Assembly: GCF_001949145.1 (NCBI RefSeq)
Contig: NW_019091355.1
Location: forward strand, 4,599,374 to 4,663,373
Length of the DNA stretch: 64,000 bases
Reading direction: 5' to 3'
From: Acanthaster planci
Lineage: Eukaryota
Shown here: positions 15,201 through 30,904 of the stretch, piece by piece
Position numbering within the stretch: position 1 is the stretch's first letter
Layout of the letters: each line of letters opens with the position of its first letter
Notes under the pieces: model-generated
Told to the model about the DNA's origin: nothing
The model's database searches: none
The model's input: the letters and a program-made list of their open reading frames with translations, nothing else
Position numbers and translations under genes: made by a program

Positions 15201-18200
15201 TGTACCAATGACGCGGTGAAAAACCCTGCGCTCGTATGTATGCACGCGGTTCAAGAGCTGTTAAAGACTTCTCCGAGGGCTCTGTGTGGGGGGGGGGTGC
15301 AGGGAGAGCGAACCTAAAATTGGGAGGCAGATCAGAATGAAAGCAAAGAGCAACAAGGGAAAATACAGTGCAAAAGGGTCAATCAGTTCTAATCCATGGT
15401 ATCAAACATTTTCAATTTCTTTGAAAATATATAGCAGGCCACAGATAATCGAATTTGGTCATTATTTTGGCGGTGTCCAAGTTCGTAAATGCCTTTGTAA
15501 AAAAAAAGTATTGTTGGAACACTGTCTTCCAACCGTGTGAAGAAGCCAAAACAAGACTAGTCTCATGTCGATGGTCACGACGACATGTTTGTCTAATATG
15601 CATGAGGAAAAATGTCATTCGAGGGCGTAATGTCAATATTTGAAAGCATACCAGAGCTTTAGGGTACGGGGGCTACTAAGTAAGGTTTCACATCCCACCT
15701 CCAAAATAGGCCAAACCATGGATCCTTGTGAGACCATATCGTGCGCACAAGCCGCACTATACCAACGCACCATTTGACTCGACCCCAAACCATACGAATT
15801 TAAAGTGAATTAATATCAACAAACAACCCATGACATTTACACTCACAGTCTGTTCCTTGTTCAGTATTTTATCCAAAATAATTCCGTCACCAAAGCTTTA
15901 AGTAAGAAATACAGCATACCAACAGATATGCAGTATGGAATATCGTCTTGATTCTATAAATAAGGATCGAATGACTTACTAAGCAGGTAATGGGAAATCC
16001 GCGAGCCTAAAACCTGCCACATTTTATTAACCGCTGTGTGTTGTCGCAAATGCAAGGTGACTTGGACGTCATCAAAAATGGAAAGAATTTCGTAACTGCA
16101 TTGTGCGAACATGTGGCAATGACGTCATGACGTTGCTATGCTATAGACACGTTCCCGTGAACACGACAGTCATCTGTCTAATAAAAATAACGTTGCACTT
16201 TGTGTTTGTTAACCCACTATATATGTATATATATACTACGTATCCTCTTTATGTTACGTCCTATTAGATGGAATAGTTTAATGCTGTGGTTGTCATTTTG
16301 TCACTTCTGTTCCCATTCTTATAACCTGTATATCCATTTTACATCGGCATTATCTTACATGCGAAATTTTTTAAGGCGGTGCTTCAATTAAACATGGCTC
16401 TGTTTGGTTTATTATACTGCGTGTACCAGTGTACTTTAAAAAGTCTTCGGCTGGTTGTTATGGTCAGAACGGTGTCTATTTTCCAAGTGCTCAGACGTTT
16501 AAATTGAATAACAATCACACCACCCATGTGCTATATTATGCCAGTACACATCTACCGCGGAGAAAGATGAGGGACCGACCTCTTGTCCCCCAATTACGCC
16601 GTCTCACACCTCCCATTTCTCCGGCCATTGCCTGGTCACTCTCACCGGCTCGCCGCATTATCCCCTGTCAGGACGGCCTAATTGGTCCCGCTATGTTTGA
16701 TGAGACCAATTGTTCCCGAAATACGCCAATAAAGAGTGCGTAGGCTTAACTCAAGGCAATTGAAAGGATCCATGTAGCGCTCTCCCAATATAGTATACTT
16801 AACTTGAACGTGTACCGCTAACCCTTACGGTGAACAGTTATTGTTCTTTTTGAACTGATTATGTTTGTAAACTGGTACACTGTTCCGGCAGAACACTGCA
16901 GAGCCCGCCATGTGGTTTTGCATTGAGAAAATTCTAATTACTTTTGAATCAACTATTAACTGTTATATTTGTAATTATCCTTAGTCACCGTTGTCATTAT
17001 TTTCAAATACAAGTATTTAATTTCGTTGTGCAGTCGATTTTAAAAAATGACATGCATTTAGGTGAACACATTTATAAGTACAAACATAAGTTTAACCCGG
17101 CAAGGTTTTGTTGTTCTGGTCAGCACAGGACCGACCAAATGTCTCAAGTTTCCAAATTAAATGGAAATCAATTTACATAAGGAAGTACTACACTTGGTGT
17201 TAGAAATCATTTCGTCAACAAAGTTGTGAATCTCAGCAAAGGAACAATTTTGAATGAAACATTTTCTCATCTTTCCAGTGGGAGTCCAAATCGAAAATAA
17301 AATGCATATGAAAAACACGGTGTTCTAACACACGGCGGCATCGTTTTTAAATGAGAAGAAAGAAATGATTTTGATCCAAAAGTTAAAGCTTCCTTTTAGC
17401 TGCCACCAAAAGCTTACGACAAGTAGCTTAACCTTCTCTTGTTTATGAATTCATGTATCAGTTTATTAACGCCTTTCTTCACTGCATCACAATCTTGACC
17501 CACACGAAACATACTGTCGTTGGTGGCGTCCTCTACATAATTGTACACACCACAAGTCCTCGAGGATCGTAACATCGACATCGGACATTGAGACAATGAA
17601 ACGAAATAACGTTTGCTGTGAATCTTTCGTTAACTTTTAAGGAGTCCTGCATATTTTGTGGTCTTTGCCTTCAGAATAAGGAAATGAATTCAGTTGATTA
17701 TTGGCATGATGACCAGAAGTTGCCGCAAAAAAAGGAGCTTCAGAGATAATGAACGCCGTTCATTACTTGATGTTACTTTATATTGACAGTCATTTTTGTT
17801 TGATTCAAGCCGCATCCCAGCCTCATCCGTCTTTTTGTCCAGGTTTCATTTTCTGGTGTTGCTCCACAAAGTAACGTCAGAAAATACCAGGACGATTTCT
17901 TTCAAACCTGTACCCATTGTTGTCATAAAACGTTCAAAACGATCATTGCAAAAGAAGAGGGCACAGGAGGTTCCATTTTTATGAGTATTGCAAAGCTTAA
18001 TATGTACATTAATTGTCTGGATTCGAAAATTATGGTCGGAGTTGTTACTTTTCATATGTAAGCAAGAAATGAAAAAAGCCTCCCGCATTTCACCCTCTGC
18101 ATGGGATTTAGGTGAACTTAAAACCACATAAAGTGTGTGCACGCTTCACAAATGACCTCTCCGGGCGTATATACCTGGACATGTTCACATAGGACATGCC

Positions 18201-19558
18201 ACTTCCGAACCACTGAAAACAAACTGATGTCCTTGAAAACCTTCCAGTTTGTTGGCATTATGCCCTCTGTGTAATAACCTGATCCCATTCACCCCTAACC
18301 CCATATACAACCCACTATTGTGGGGTTACATAACCTTATTAACTCACCCAAACCAGAAGTTTGCAAAAGACCCCATGGGAAACGGACGAGTTCTTCGAAT
18401 AGTGCATGAGTGCTGTGTAGTCCCGTTTAATTCAATTCCGGACAAAATTTACACGTTATGAAGTGGGTGTCGAGAGATGAGAGTGCTCACATCAGCTGTT
18501 GGACGAAACGTACACATGGAGTCGAGTATATGTACTTTTTTTATTTGACGAGAGTGAATTAGCGCATCTTATGAATTGAAGATGATTTCACATTGGAAAT
18601 AATTTTGGAAATGATCAATACAAAATCCTTTCTTTACTTATCACCAGTCGTTTTTCTTCAAATGCTATCTACGTAATATATGTTGTTATGCTCATTTGTA
18701 TGATGATTACGCCGCCTGAACTCTTTACCATTTTCAAATGCGACTTAGTCTGATTTCCACAGTAACCTTTGCAAAATAGTATACATTATTTTGTATCATT
18801 ACCACGAGTAACGAATTTTGTACCAATATTATACAAATTATCATTATTTTCTATTTCAACCATTGAAAAATGATACATTGCCTCTACTTTTGGATACAAT
18901 GCACTCATAACACAGAAGACCCAAGGTGTTGTCTTTGCTTAAAGAAGTTAGTTAACTTTCTTTATGAAATTGTAGGGCTATTTGCATTGGTTCGTGCTAG
19001 GTTTGGTTGCTTTGCTCCATGAAATGAAAGAAACGTTTTTTTTGTTCTCGCTCGTATTTCCATTGTGAATTCATGCGCCCTGATTTTTACACTTGGGCTG
19101 TCATTCAGCCATACATGTATCACGACAACAGACCTTTAGAATGGTTGGTGAAAATCCTCCCAATATTTCTGACAATTGCACGGGAACCAGCACGGTGGCC
19201 GAGCAAACGAAGCGTCAAGATGTGCCGTTCAAGGGGGATTATCACGCCACGTTAGGCGTTCATCGGTCCGCACCGCACTCCGATCCACCGCAGAATAACC
19301 TCGAGCGAGATTCACCCGAATTCCCATGCCGGAAAAGAATCGCACCAGACCCGTGGGCGACTATGGTATTGATTGCAAGCTCGCCGAAAAAAAAAACAGA
19401 AGAGGGAAATACCAACGCACTATATGGCACGGCGCGGTAAACATAAGTTACATGCTTGCTTCGTCAAGAGGCACATGGTATAAAGCTGAAGATGTGGCTG
19501 TGAGACGAGGGGGCACATAACTTCAACGAAATTTTTATATTTCTGCATGTTTGGCAAA

Positions 19559-19648
19559 ACGGGCGGTTCACAATAGTGCGCCTCCTAGAGTCTGCTACGC
19601 ATTGGCCGGTCACAATGTGCGAAATCTGTGGACTCTTTCAAAACGGGC
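19559..19648 (+). repeat. Dispersed ~90-bp repeat, copy 1
   Basis: acgggcggttcacaatagtgcgcctcctagagtctgctacgcattggccggtcacaatgtgcgaaatctgtggac matches the reverse complement of 35281-35370. Confidence 0.75.
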
Positions 19649-22600
19649 GTTGGGTCGACAACTTGCAAACTCTAGTACGCATCAATATTTTCTGTAATTA
19701 GAATGAGTCACCTTTGTCTTTGCTCCTCCATTTTTAAGGCACTGAGTTGGCCTACTGAATGCAGCCCTACAGCGTAATTAGTTCCCCAAACATGTTAACA
19801 GCAAGATGTGGCAATGTATCTTCAACTTCACGACTTTTGACGCCAAGCATCATAATCACAAAAAAAGAAAAGAAAAAAGAAAATGATTAATTAGGCCTGG
19901 GGCCACACACACTTCGTTTCAAGAAGGCTTCATTGAAAATTTATCGCGTGTCGATCCATCGAGCCCGGAAGTTTGGACCAGACAAAAGAATGTTAATGAT
20001 GCTATGCAATAAAAGCCAGTCGCGCGTTAATGTTCCCGGTCGCAAAATGTCATCGTCTGGTTGCCATGGTGACAGCAACAGGTGTGCATTCAGTGACCAT
20101 AAATCATCATTTTTTGAGACCGAGGGTTGGCTCTTCACGCACACAAAAAACCCTTGAAAGTAGCAATAAAAGTGAAGCTGTACCACCTGGTCGCTTATTT
20201 TCCCGTACAGAGAGGCTGAGTCCTGAATTTGGAAGTATCCGTTCTTCAGTTTTCTCGTTGTTTGATATCGTCAGGAAAGAAAAGGCCTGGAAATTCGCAT
20301 CCAATCAACCCTCGAAACTGCTTCCCATTTATGTCAGAATTCCGTTCATGCGCCAAGAAAGCTTTATTTGTGACCAGCATTGATCCCTAAAATTGGAGCA
20401 TGAAATGATCAGACTTCCAACTCTGGAAGGATAATTCGTAAAGTAACATGTTCTGTCTTGACTTCTAAAACCAAAATGCATTTTGAAGGCATTGAATTCT
20501 ATAAAAAAATGTTGATTAAGACACTCAAAATATTCCAATTATTCCTTTTTTTTCAATTGCCCCTATCTTTGGTAAATCTTAGGAGTACCCTGCAGTCTCT
20601 ACTGAGTGCAGTTTGGTAAATTTCTGTATTTAGGCCTGTACGTGTGGTTGTTTTAGTGAAGCAACGCAGCAGGCGATGCACGTTTCTTCAGAACTCGTAA
20701 TAATTCAACAAACATTTGTACAAATTTGCGTCTGTGAAGCTTGCTTTCTTGCCTTTGTCACCCCACATTACGTTTATTGACTTACCACCTGTAGGCCTAC
20801 AAGTGGTATGGTTAGGTTCAGCATGATCCCTGGATGCCATTGTATCGTAATCCTTTCTCCATCCCTTCCTAAGATATCATGTCCTGATGCGTTAACTGGC
20901 ACCCTTTTCAGGAATGAGTCTCGGGCACCTCATCCGCATTATGTCAGCTCCATGAGACCTTAAAGACTTACTTGGGCTATATATACCTCCCCCAGCCCGG
21001 CCCCAAGGCGCTGTGTTATTTTCAACCCTTATCGTGCCCCTTATGGTGAACGCTTTATGCAGGTTGCCACAAAGAGTAAGTGATTCTTGAGGCAAAAGAT
21101 GAAAAAAGTTGGCAGTGTACTTAAGAGTATATGTATAGTGCAGGTCGACAACATTCCGTAAGACCAAAATAATTGGAACCAACTGTCGCGGTGTGGCTCC
21201 TTCGCCGCCCATAAAGTAGTTCCCGGTAACTAAGCATTGTTGTAAAAAAGTGGTTGGAACTTACGTGCCAATTAAACCGCGCCCTTTCAGTACTAGAAAA
21301 AGCGGTGGGGAGGTCATTCAAGAATACTGGAAAGCTTCACAGTCAGTTTGAAGTCGCTTTTAATAAGAAGTTTAGCCACCTCCTCACTTCGCTTATACAA
21401 AATTTGCAACCTAGTGTTTCACATTCATTCAATTAAGGCAGAATTCGGCGAATTATTTCATGCTGGAGATTGTCCACGTCTTTAATTTGTTTGTTTGTTT
21501 TTTGTTTCTGTTTTTTTCTTCTTTTTTTTGCAAACAGGTGCACAGCGTACCAACTTTTTGGGGGGTTTTCTGTGGAATTCCACAGGGATTGCTTCCGGGA
21601 AAACGTTACTGGATAAAAAATGCATAAGCCGAGGGGAGGTATTGCGCTGTTTACGGTGTATAGCTCGAGTCCAGTGACTCATTGGATGTGTTTAAACAAA
21701 TCCACGCATGACTTCATTCCTTGTCCATAATTAAGTAAGAAAAGACAAACCCTATAAAACAGGTATAATTCGTTGAACGCGAGAGAGACAGGTTATCGCA
21801 GATTATATCTGGGACCAGAAACCAAGGATTGAAGCATTTGGTAACGAGAACATTTTGTACCTGCCAGTCTCCACTGGACAACAATTATTCAGGATTACTT
21901 TTTGAAAACCAAATTCCAGGTCAGGAAATTTGGAAGCCGCTGAGGGTTTTTGTTTGGTTAGTTTTTGTTTGTTTTTCCTCAAGCATCACGATGCGGGATA
22001 TCTGGAACTTGTTGCACAATGCAATGGAGTTCCGCGGTTGCACATACACGCTCGAACCCGTACGACAACGGAAAAGAAAAAAGGTCAAAGACCCCCTCCT
22101 GAAGAAGGTGGGCAGGTGAGAGGAATTCATACACAAATTGGTTGATGATATCCGTGCAGGCAGCAGATTAGAAGCCTTTTCTTCTCTCCTTCCCCCCCCA
22201 CCCTTTTCATCCAAATTAGAAGTCTTTTCTGGGGAGGGGGACAGCATCGGGTTGTTGTTGGATATTTCTTTGTATTTCCTCTCGATTTGAGAGAGCTTTT
22301 GCAACAATCACGCGTCAAGCTTGGTGGATTACAGTAAGCAAAGAATGGTTTGTTTAGTTTCTCCAGTGTTGTGGGTTTGGGGTTTCGTCGAATTTTCCAG
22401 CATCTCGTCTGAACGAATTTAATGAATTCGGTGGTAATTTGTTACTATTGAACTCACAATCCGGCTTCACAAACACTTATCTTTACCATATTTGGTAAAA
22501 CAGTAGAGTACACTTCATTTCTTGCAACGTAATGCATGCGATCATGCCTACTCACAAGTTCCATTGCTATGACACTTGTTCATTTCTTGGGGGTAAGGGA

Positions 22601-25600
22601 ATTAACGTATTGTTCACACTGCAACACTGCATTGGTCTCTGTGTCCAGAATCATGGGATGACAGATTATCGAAAGTCGTAAACCTTTAATTTTCCATCGT
22701 TATTCAGGGTCATAAAATCTAGCGGTAGATGTAGCCCCTCTCTTTGGCCAACTTCATTGTGACATCGAGTTCATTATCGTTTTCTATCTATCCGAGACTC
22801 GAAGTAAATACGGACTCCGGGAAAACCAGCTACTTTTCTTTTAAAAATGCATGAATGAAAATTTGAAATTAAGATGCTGAACAAATTAACCGCTAAGTGT
22901 GACATGTGGTTGATTTATGGAGGGAGTTACGTTTAGCATATTGTCGGCAAACAAAGACCTTGTGCAAAAAAAGTCCAGGATAGATTCAAAAATCGATAAA
23001 TGAGTCGGGAATTATGATTGTCAACACCATCTTTCACAATTACCGGCACTCGCCAGCTTCAACCGTCACGTCTGTAACATATGGTTAGCTGCCACGTTTA
23101 TGCTTGATGATTCTGTCTCCGTTTTGTGGCCTTTTCACCCCTAACTGATGAAAAATGTTAAGACAGCCATTTCCCCCCCCCCCTTTTTTTGTGGGGGCTC
23201 GCTGTCGCTATATAGTTAACTTCTCTTGTGCGTGTACATCATGCTCAAAGAATTTGAGCCAATTATGATTCAAGTTGACACAACCTACAGACGGCAGTGG
23301 TCAACAGGTAACCGAATATGCTTCGCCAGATTGCATGTTTACGTAGGAGACCGCCCGTAAATTCGAACGGTTCTCTTGTGCCTCAACTCGACCTGCCTTC
23401 TGGCAAGGTTCCCAGTCTCCCTCTCAATAAGAATTCCACTGTGCGAGAATATGATAATGATAAGATGCCATCTTGAAGACATGAAGATTGGAGAATAAAA
23501 TGTTATACACCTGGAGCTTTTTTCCTCCTACACCCGGGACTGAGTTACTGGCAATTTGCCAAAAGTCCCATGTCATTTTGGGGGTCACTCCATACAGATG
23601 GAGATGATTTTCTGCTTGCAATTTGATCCTGTACGGGTCCTTTCGTCGGTATCATAAGGGTTGTTTACGTGGACGGTGCATGGATGATAGTCAGGATTCC
23701 ATTCTGAGTTGGTTTGAGTAGACATTCCCTCGGTTGGAACTGTATCAAAAGTAACAAGAAGCACATAAGAATTGGAATGGTTCCCAGGAAGGTTATCAGT
23801 ACGTTAGTCGGCCTTGCCGGTAGCCAAATCGTCTTGGGGTCGACTCGGGTCCGGGCACACAGGGACGGGCCAATTCGGGCCACACGGCGCCACGAAGCCA
23901 ACAAAATTCACGCTGGACGGTGGATGTGCGGTGTATTTAACAGAGCGACACAACCGTCAAATATCAATGAATGTTATTAACTTGATGACTATGTAACCAA
24001 AAGCCAACTTGGTTTCCTTTCTTGCTGGGATGATAAATGCCCCATAAATTGCTCAATTTGGCTGAATTCGTTGAGTTTAATGGCCAAATCAACTATTGTT
24101 GAGAGGACTTTGCGTAAAAGGCCTACAGCCCTTCCAAACGAGATTGTTATCAGCATAAACATAACCTATATTCAATGAACACTGACCCATAAGAGATATG
24201 GCACGTTTATTTGAGATAACACTGCCAAAAAGAACAGCGGACAACTAATTTTCTTAAATGGTGATTTAAGACGGAAATTGAATCATGGTTTTCTTTTTCT
24301 CTCGAAAAGTAGACCTTGTGCTATAGGCTTTTATTAAGTCACTACCCACATCAGTATGTGCTTTTGAAAAATGCTTGGCTTATTTATGTATCGATTCTGT
24401 TCATTTTCCTGATTATCGATCCTGCGTTTTGACTTCACGTATTCTATGAGACATTTTAAACGAAAACAAAGTGATTAAAAACAAGTACAAAGAATAGTTT
24501 ATAAACCCCTACTTGTAATAATTGCAATTGCTGATGTAGTTACCGTCACTCCTCGTAACACGATTTATGTTGCAGTGGTGCAGCTCTGCTCTGAAAGATT
24601 TGCCGCGGTTAACGAAAATATAAACCACAAGACAAATATGCTCGTTTTTAGAAGTCATTTAAGATTTGATGTATTTATTCTTTTGTACAATAATGGAATT
24701 ATTGTTCGATTTCCTAACTTGTCATTGCTAACCCGTAAGCACCGTTGGAAAAAAAAACAAATGAGTTGAGCATGCGCCGGTCAATCTCATGACAACCACC
24801 AAGGTTGTTCATCGAACCACGCTGACGTGATAACAACCTACAAATGTAAATACTGTCTAGGAATGGCCTGGATCCGCTATTCTGGCCAGAATTCTGGCCT
24901 TGCTGGCGTTCAGCTTCCCCTGAGAAACAAACTGCGATTGAGATTGAAAATGCCGGCCCCCTGCTTTCAACACTCACATGCAAGAAAGACAGTAAAAAAT
25001 CCTTGGGACAAATTTTAAAAAAACTCATCGACTTCTGAGGTGGAATGGCGTGGCCCAAGGGGAGGACAAAAAGGCTTCCCGCCCAAAATCATCGGCGACC
25101 TGTTTGCTCTGCCCATTCATGCTGCCTGCTCACTGAGAGGGGACACTCTCGGGGGTTGACTGAAGAGATTAATTCGGTCACTTTAAATTTACCCCAACTC
25201 ACCTTGGAATTTGCTGACACTTAATGGATTTGGTTACACGAAACCTGGTAAATAGAGAGTTAGTTTTGCAAAATTTTATTCTGTTTCTTTTGGTAGAATT
25301 TTAGTAAATATTTGATTTGAAAATGTATTTTCTGCAGTCTTGCCAACTAAGAGAAGGCCACAATCTAGTATTGGCTGTGACTAGACCAACAACGCTGCAC
25401 TTTATTGCGTTTTAAAAATAAGTATTACCCTACAATCATTACTTTCTCAAACAAGATTTAAACGTTGGACCAGAAAAAAATGTGTCGATGGCTATCACAC
25501 CCCCGTTCACGTAACTCCAGGAGTGCACGGGATATCTGCTGTACATGTACATCCCAGAGCTCCTCAAGTAGATGTGGGTGCGTTCGTAGTCCGTCTGAAG

Positions 25601-27800
25601 TTGGGACAAAATCTATTTGGCTCCCCCCCCCAATCAAACGTCGATCGTCACTTAGCTTTTACTTTCCCCAACCACGTGTATCTTACTCGCTGAGCGTTTT
25701 GCCTGTGTTCATCTCTCTCAAATATAGGAAAAAAATGTTCAATGTCAGGCCCGAACTTTCTGGAGTTCATCACCTTTGTTTACTTTTTTTTCCCTTAAGC
25801 TGCGCCTACTCCCAACGGGGTTCTAAAGTGCGCCCTCTATTTGCTGTGACTATTCCTTGTCAAATCTTGCGTGCGACTCCGAACACTTTCGAGGGATTTC
25901 CGCGCTGCAAAGAGGTAGCACCTGCATTGCAATTAACACGACAAAAGCAAGCGAACATTAGGTCTGATTGTCCTCAGTCATTTTTCATGTTGGGTTGCGC
26001 CCTGTGTTTGCAAGAGTATTCTGGACCGGGTGCGGTTGCCAGGAAGAGTTCCTTAATGTGAGGAGAGGCACAATGTGACTTGTGTCAGTGATCGATGTTG
26101 GTAACGTGACTCTGTGATACATCAATGTCACGCTCACTTTACCATACCTTTCAGTTGGTTTGCACTTGTCGTAAAAAAGCAATTAATCAAAAAATTCCAT
26201 CAATAGTTTACCTATCATTAATTTAGTCAGTGTTTGGTTCTCTGAGTTTGGGCCATAATACTTACCCATCCCACCACAGACGAACCTCGCGTAGGCTATG
26301 GTTCATTGCTCTGCTTCACCCTTCCAATATTAGCTCTCCTCTAAAATCATGGTTATTGCCTTTTGATATTCAAAATTAACAGCAGTACAGGGAAATTCTT
26401 TCGGTCCCCAAGTGACGTTTTGATGTTTTTGATTCGACTTGGCCACGGAGACCAAACGTTACATCTCGATGTCGAACGTTGCAGCTGAGGCATGCCTTGG
26501 ATAGGAATAGATTTTGTTTCTTTTCTGTTCTAAACCACATACACAGTCACTATGTTTTTGGCATGGCTGGAACTTTATTACAAAGGGGAAATTAAGAAAA
26601 GGCTATATGCCGGCTATGCTTCTCAGAATCGCCAGCTTACACACGGGTACAACAGTTGAACTGTGATTAAAACAAGATATATTGCCTTGTGCTTATTGTG
26701 TCTTAATTATTTAATAAATCGTCGTTTCATTCGATAGTATATAGTAAAAACAGAAACGATTACCCTGCTCAAGGAATTAAAGAAGCCTAACCATTGCAAG
26801 GACACCATTGTAACGAGTAAACCCAGTTGTTTGTTATACATGTATCAGTTTTCCTGTCATTTTCCTATAATTCTGGGAGCTGAGAAGGTAATGTTCTTTT
26901 TAAAATACCCGCCAGTGCAATCTACAGGAGACGAACCTTTTACCTTTGATCCCAGTATGACTTATTGGGTATTCTTGCCTTTTAGGTGTTGCCAGTGTGT
27001 TGTCAGTTAATCTTTAAAATCCACGCAGAACAGCAATTGCAACCCCTCATTTTACACATAATAACACCCACAAAACTTTTAAAAGGCCATTCAGGAGAAT
27101 CGATTCCTTTGGAGACGACAAACTATTCCATTCCTTTTCTATTTACCGCGCCTCGGTGCCTCACTTGATCCACTCCCTCTTCATTAAGAATTGATTTCAT
27201 TCCTCTCATCGATTACTTGATTTCTTCTCCCCACGCCTGGCTTAATTCGGCACTCCAGGTGGTACCAATTTATTCGATCAGACCTGACAAGATCTTTTAT
27301 ACACCACAGTGTGTTTACCTTTTCAATCAACATCGATTTTGTCCGATGGTATTTAATGGCAGACTTCAAACTGAAAGTTGGAGCCGGCTTGGCGGGCCTT
27401 TTCCCCACCAAAGCGTTATCATCATTCTCGTTCCTAACTTCTTGTTGCATTTTATTTTGCCTCTTTAAAAGTGATTTTTAAAAATTACCAAGTTGAAAGG
27501 AGTTTGTGGATGTGAATTGACTAAGAAATATAAGGGTCGTAACTTAGAATCATGTTTCCCATTCAATCTTCCTATTTGCTTACAGGTGACGCCGAGCCTT
27601 CCTGGCTGTGAGTACCACTGTCAAAGATCGATAGGACCCTTTGACGTTCAGCGAAAGATACGCAGACACCAGACGCAAAAACGAACAGGGCATGGCAGAC
27701 GGTGTGACCGGACGGTATCTGTTTATAATTCTTAGCCATTTCATCAGAGAAAATCTTTATTTCTTCAGTCACATTTTTCACATGCAGAAGAAAGACTTTT

Positions 27801-27854
27801 GTCATAAAAACGAGAAACTGTCATAATCCTGGAAACTCTCATAATCCTGAAAAA
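27801..27854. repeat. Short tandem repeat, three ~18-bp units (tcataatcctggaaact)
   Basis: gtcataaaaacgagaaact / gtcataatcctggaaact / ctcataatcctgaaaaa. Confidence 0.65.
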
Positions 27855-30800
27855 ATTAAGGACACCATAAATTTTCGGTAGACCCAAATTAATCATATAG
27901 AACAGGTGAATCCATTATAGCTTAAATTCTCAGAAATCTAATCCATACAGGTGTTATTGTTTTATCATTCGTGATAATGATACAGGACATAAGGATTTCT
28001 AAAAACAAAGTGAGTTCTCTTGGTTTTTTTGTAAACAAATTTGTCTCCAAAACCTGAGACGAAGCCATTCAAATGTATGTCTATCTAAATGAGAATAAAG
28101 TTCCTTGCAGTCTTTAGAAAGCTAAGCTTTAAAATATTGTGTTGGTAATTTGTCACATTCACCTCAGTTTGCGGTTTGGTAGATTTACTACAAAACGATG
28201 TGTTCTTGGAGCAAGCAAGCGAGCATTCTCTCTTCCAACCTTCATGTCCATTTCCGCACAGCACGCGTGGCACGGGAAGAATCCTAAATTTGCCCGACAC
28301 CAGACGCCACCAGCTCAAAAGAACCCAAGATTAAGTCCATTTCTGCCGTCGCTCCATCATCGCTCAGGAGAATGCCGGCATTCGTTTTTTTTTCTTTTTC
28401 ATTACTATTATTCATATCCAAAAAATGATACATCAGAGATAATGTGGCAACAAATATGCAGGCGCGCAGCATTGCCTCCACGGAAGCAACAATAGGGCAG
28501 CGTGGGTCTTTTTTTCGGTTACTTCTGCGTGTGTTCGTTTGGGCTCCAAATTGTAAATTAGTGCATTTCGAGGGGTCCGGGTTGCAAGCGAATTACAGAC
28601 GGAAGGCGAAGTATCCATTTGGGGCCGCGGAATGATTGATCTGGGTGAGGCATCGTTGCGACATTCAGTGGATTTTGAGATGGGCGATATGTCGAGAGTT
28701 GTGATAAAAATGATAATACAAGTATACAATCTCTAACGTCCTTGTGCGTTGAATGCAATACAGGCAGGCAGTCGCAAAAAACACAGAAACCTCTAGATTG
28801 TTTTCTTTCATAAAGGATTGTAAGGCAACATTAACTTTAAAAATGTCATTTCTCCGACAAAAGCACTCTTCAGAAATCCTCCTCTTCGGTACAATATTTG
28901 CAGATACGGGCCCTCGTTCTATTCAGTAAAATATGTATAAATATTCCCAATGTTTAAAAAAAAAAGGAAAAAAATGTTTCTCTGCCCCTCGCACCACACG
29001 ATTTGCTGTCCTCACCAAATATGGGACCGTGACAAGTATGACCGAAACTTCCCTGCGACGTAGATATCGTTTTGCATGTGTACACGGTCATTGAATTGCA
29101 GTCTATGTGATCCTCGGAATGACATGTAATTCTGTCATCGCACAGACCAGAAATAAAAGTCATGTGAAACAAAATTCATCTTTTCTTTTTCTCGTTGTGT
29201 TTGTTATTTTATGGTGTTTGACAATGCAGGATTGCTCACTGGAAATATGGCTTAAACTTGTAGTGACATTTTGAGAGTCGTTTAGACAAAGAGGATAGCA
29301 TCAAGGACAGAGAACCGTCTTTGAAAACAACAAACCTATACCTTTGTAAGTTCTTTTAAGTGAGAACAAAAGACATGCCAGCAATCCTGGTCTCTAACGA
29401 TGGCTTCGACGTGGCATAATAAACCAATTAAAGTCTTTGTCGAAAAAACTCTGAAGGCTTTGTGGACAATTAATTAAGTCGGCGGAGTTATTTCGTCCCC
29501 TGGCGAGGTGAAACTACCGTTTCAAAGAGATTGGCCAGGTTTTGTTTAGACAATAACGTTTGTTCTTTTTTTTTACCTGTGTAAATGCGAGTTTATTCCA
29601 TGCCTTGTGTGCACCACAATGGACTTCATGTTTACGTGTACGAGCAGACGACACTTTGCCTTGATTCGCGCCAAAAAAGTGACTCATCGTGGTACAGGGG
29701 AAATCAAAGGTCACGAATCCTCCGAGGGTCAACTTTTGTCGCGAAGTGGTAAAAAGACCAAAAGCCGCTGACAAAGATCGTTACATTTTCAATGACAAGA
29801 TGATACACGCCCTTCCAATTGCATTAGGGGTTTGTTCCATTCAGTTGGATCAAAGAGCGAGATCAGAAATTGAAAGGGAAAATGGGCAACCTCTTATAAA
29901 CCTTCCCGCCCTTTTCACTTCGAATGGAGGAAGCCGCAGAAGTGGAAGAATATGATAAATCCCCCTCCCATTACACTAAAGCCCCCTCCGATTCATTTCG
30001 GTTGTCGGCCAAATGAAAATCCGCGCCGAGAGCTATTAACTTTTTTTCACGGTGAATTACTCGGCATTGGCTCTGGAAAGAGGGTGGTGCGTTGCGGAGT
30101 GGAATACTCGCAGGGAGACCTTGCACGATGTTGTGGCCCCTTTTTGTTTTCTTTTCGAGGTAAAAATCCCGCGGTTTCCCGTCCGATTTTTGGCTTGCAC
30201 GTGGAGCTCTGAGATTTAGGAAAGGCAAGAATTGGTTGTCTCGCTGGCATTTTGCCCTCCTTTTCCTATTTCTTTTTTTTTTTTAAATTCGTCATTGCAA
30301 AGTAGCCCAGGGGAAGCAGGCAGCAACGTCCCCCGTAGGGAGTCTCTCTCCATTCCCCCTCCCCTTTCTGAGGGGGAAAACTGTCGCCACGCCATCTGTA
30401 GATGTGTTGATATGCGTTCCTTTAGTGTGGACACAGGCCCTTTACCAAGGTTCCTGACACAGCCGTCCATTATACAAACTCAGTGGCGTAGGAGGGGGGC
30501 AAAGGGGACAACTGCCCTTTGTGGAGGCTCTTCCCCCTGTCCCCCCCCCCGAGCCTGGCTATACCACATTACCACCTAGACGTCCTTTGTCAGTTCCGCT
30601 TTTTGTTTGCCTGACCGCCGTTGACTCATGTCAAGGCAATTGTCTCAGTGAGTGATGTTACCGTGGCTGTTATTTCTACGGCTGTCGACACTGACTGGAC
30701 ATTTTCACGCCATAATTATTTTGTGTGTGAAATTGCAATGAATAGGCATATTTCTGAGAATCCCAGACAACGGAGGAATTAATGAACTGGCTGAAAAAAT

Positions 30801-30904
30801 TATGTGAACTAAATATTCATCAAGAAAGTCCACTCTCATCCTGAATAAGGACAACAAACTTAATTTCAAACGATGTGGAAAACTTAACATTTACGTAAAA
30901 ACAT

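Noticed and set aside
25465..26061. 198-aa ORF
   Set aside because: Non-ATG start, random-looking composition crossing homopolymer runs, no homology recognised.
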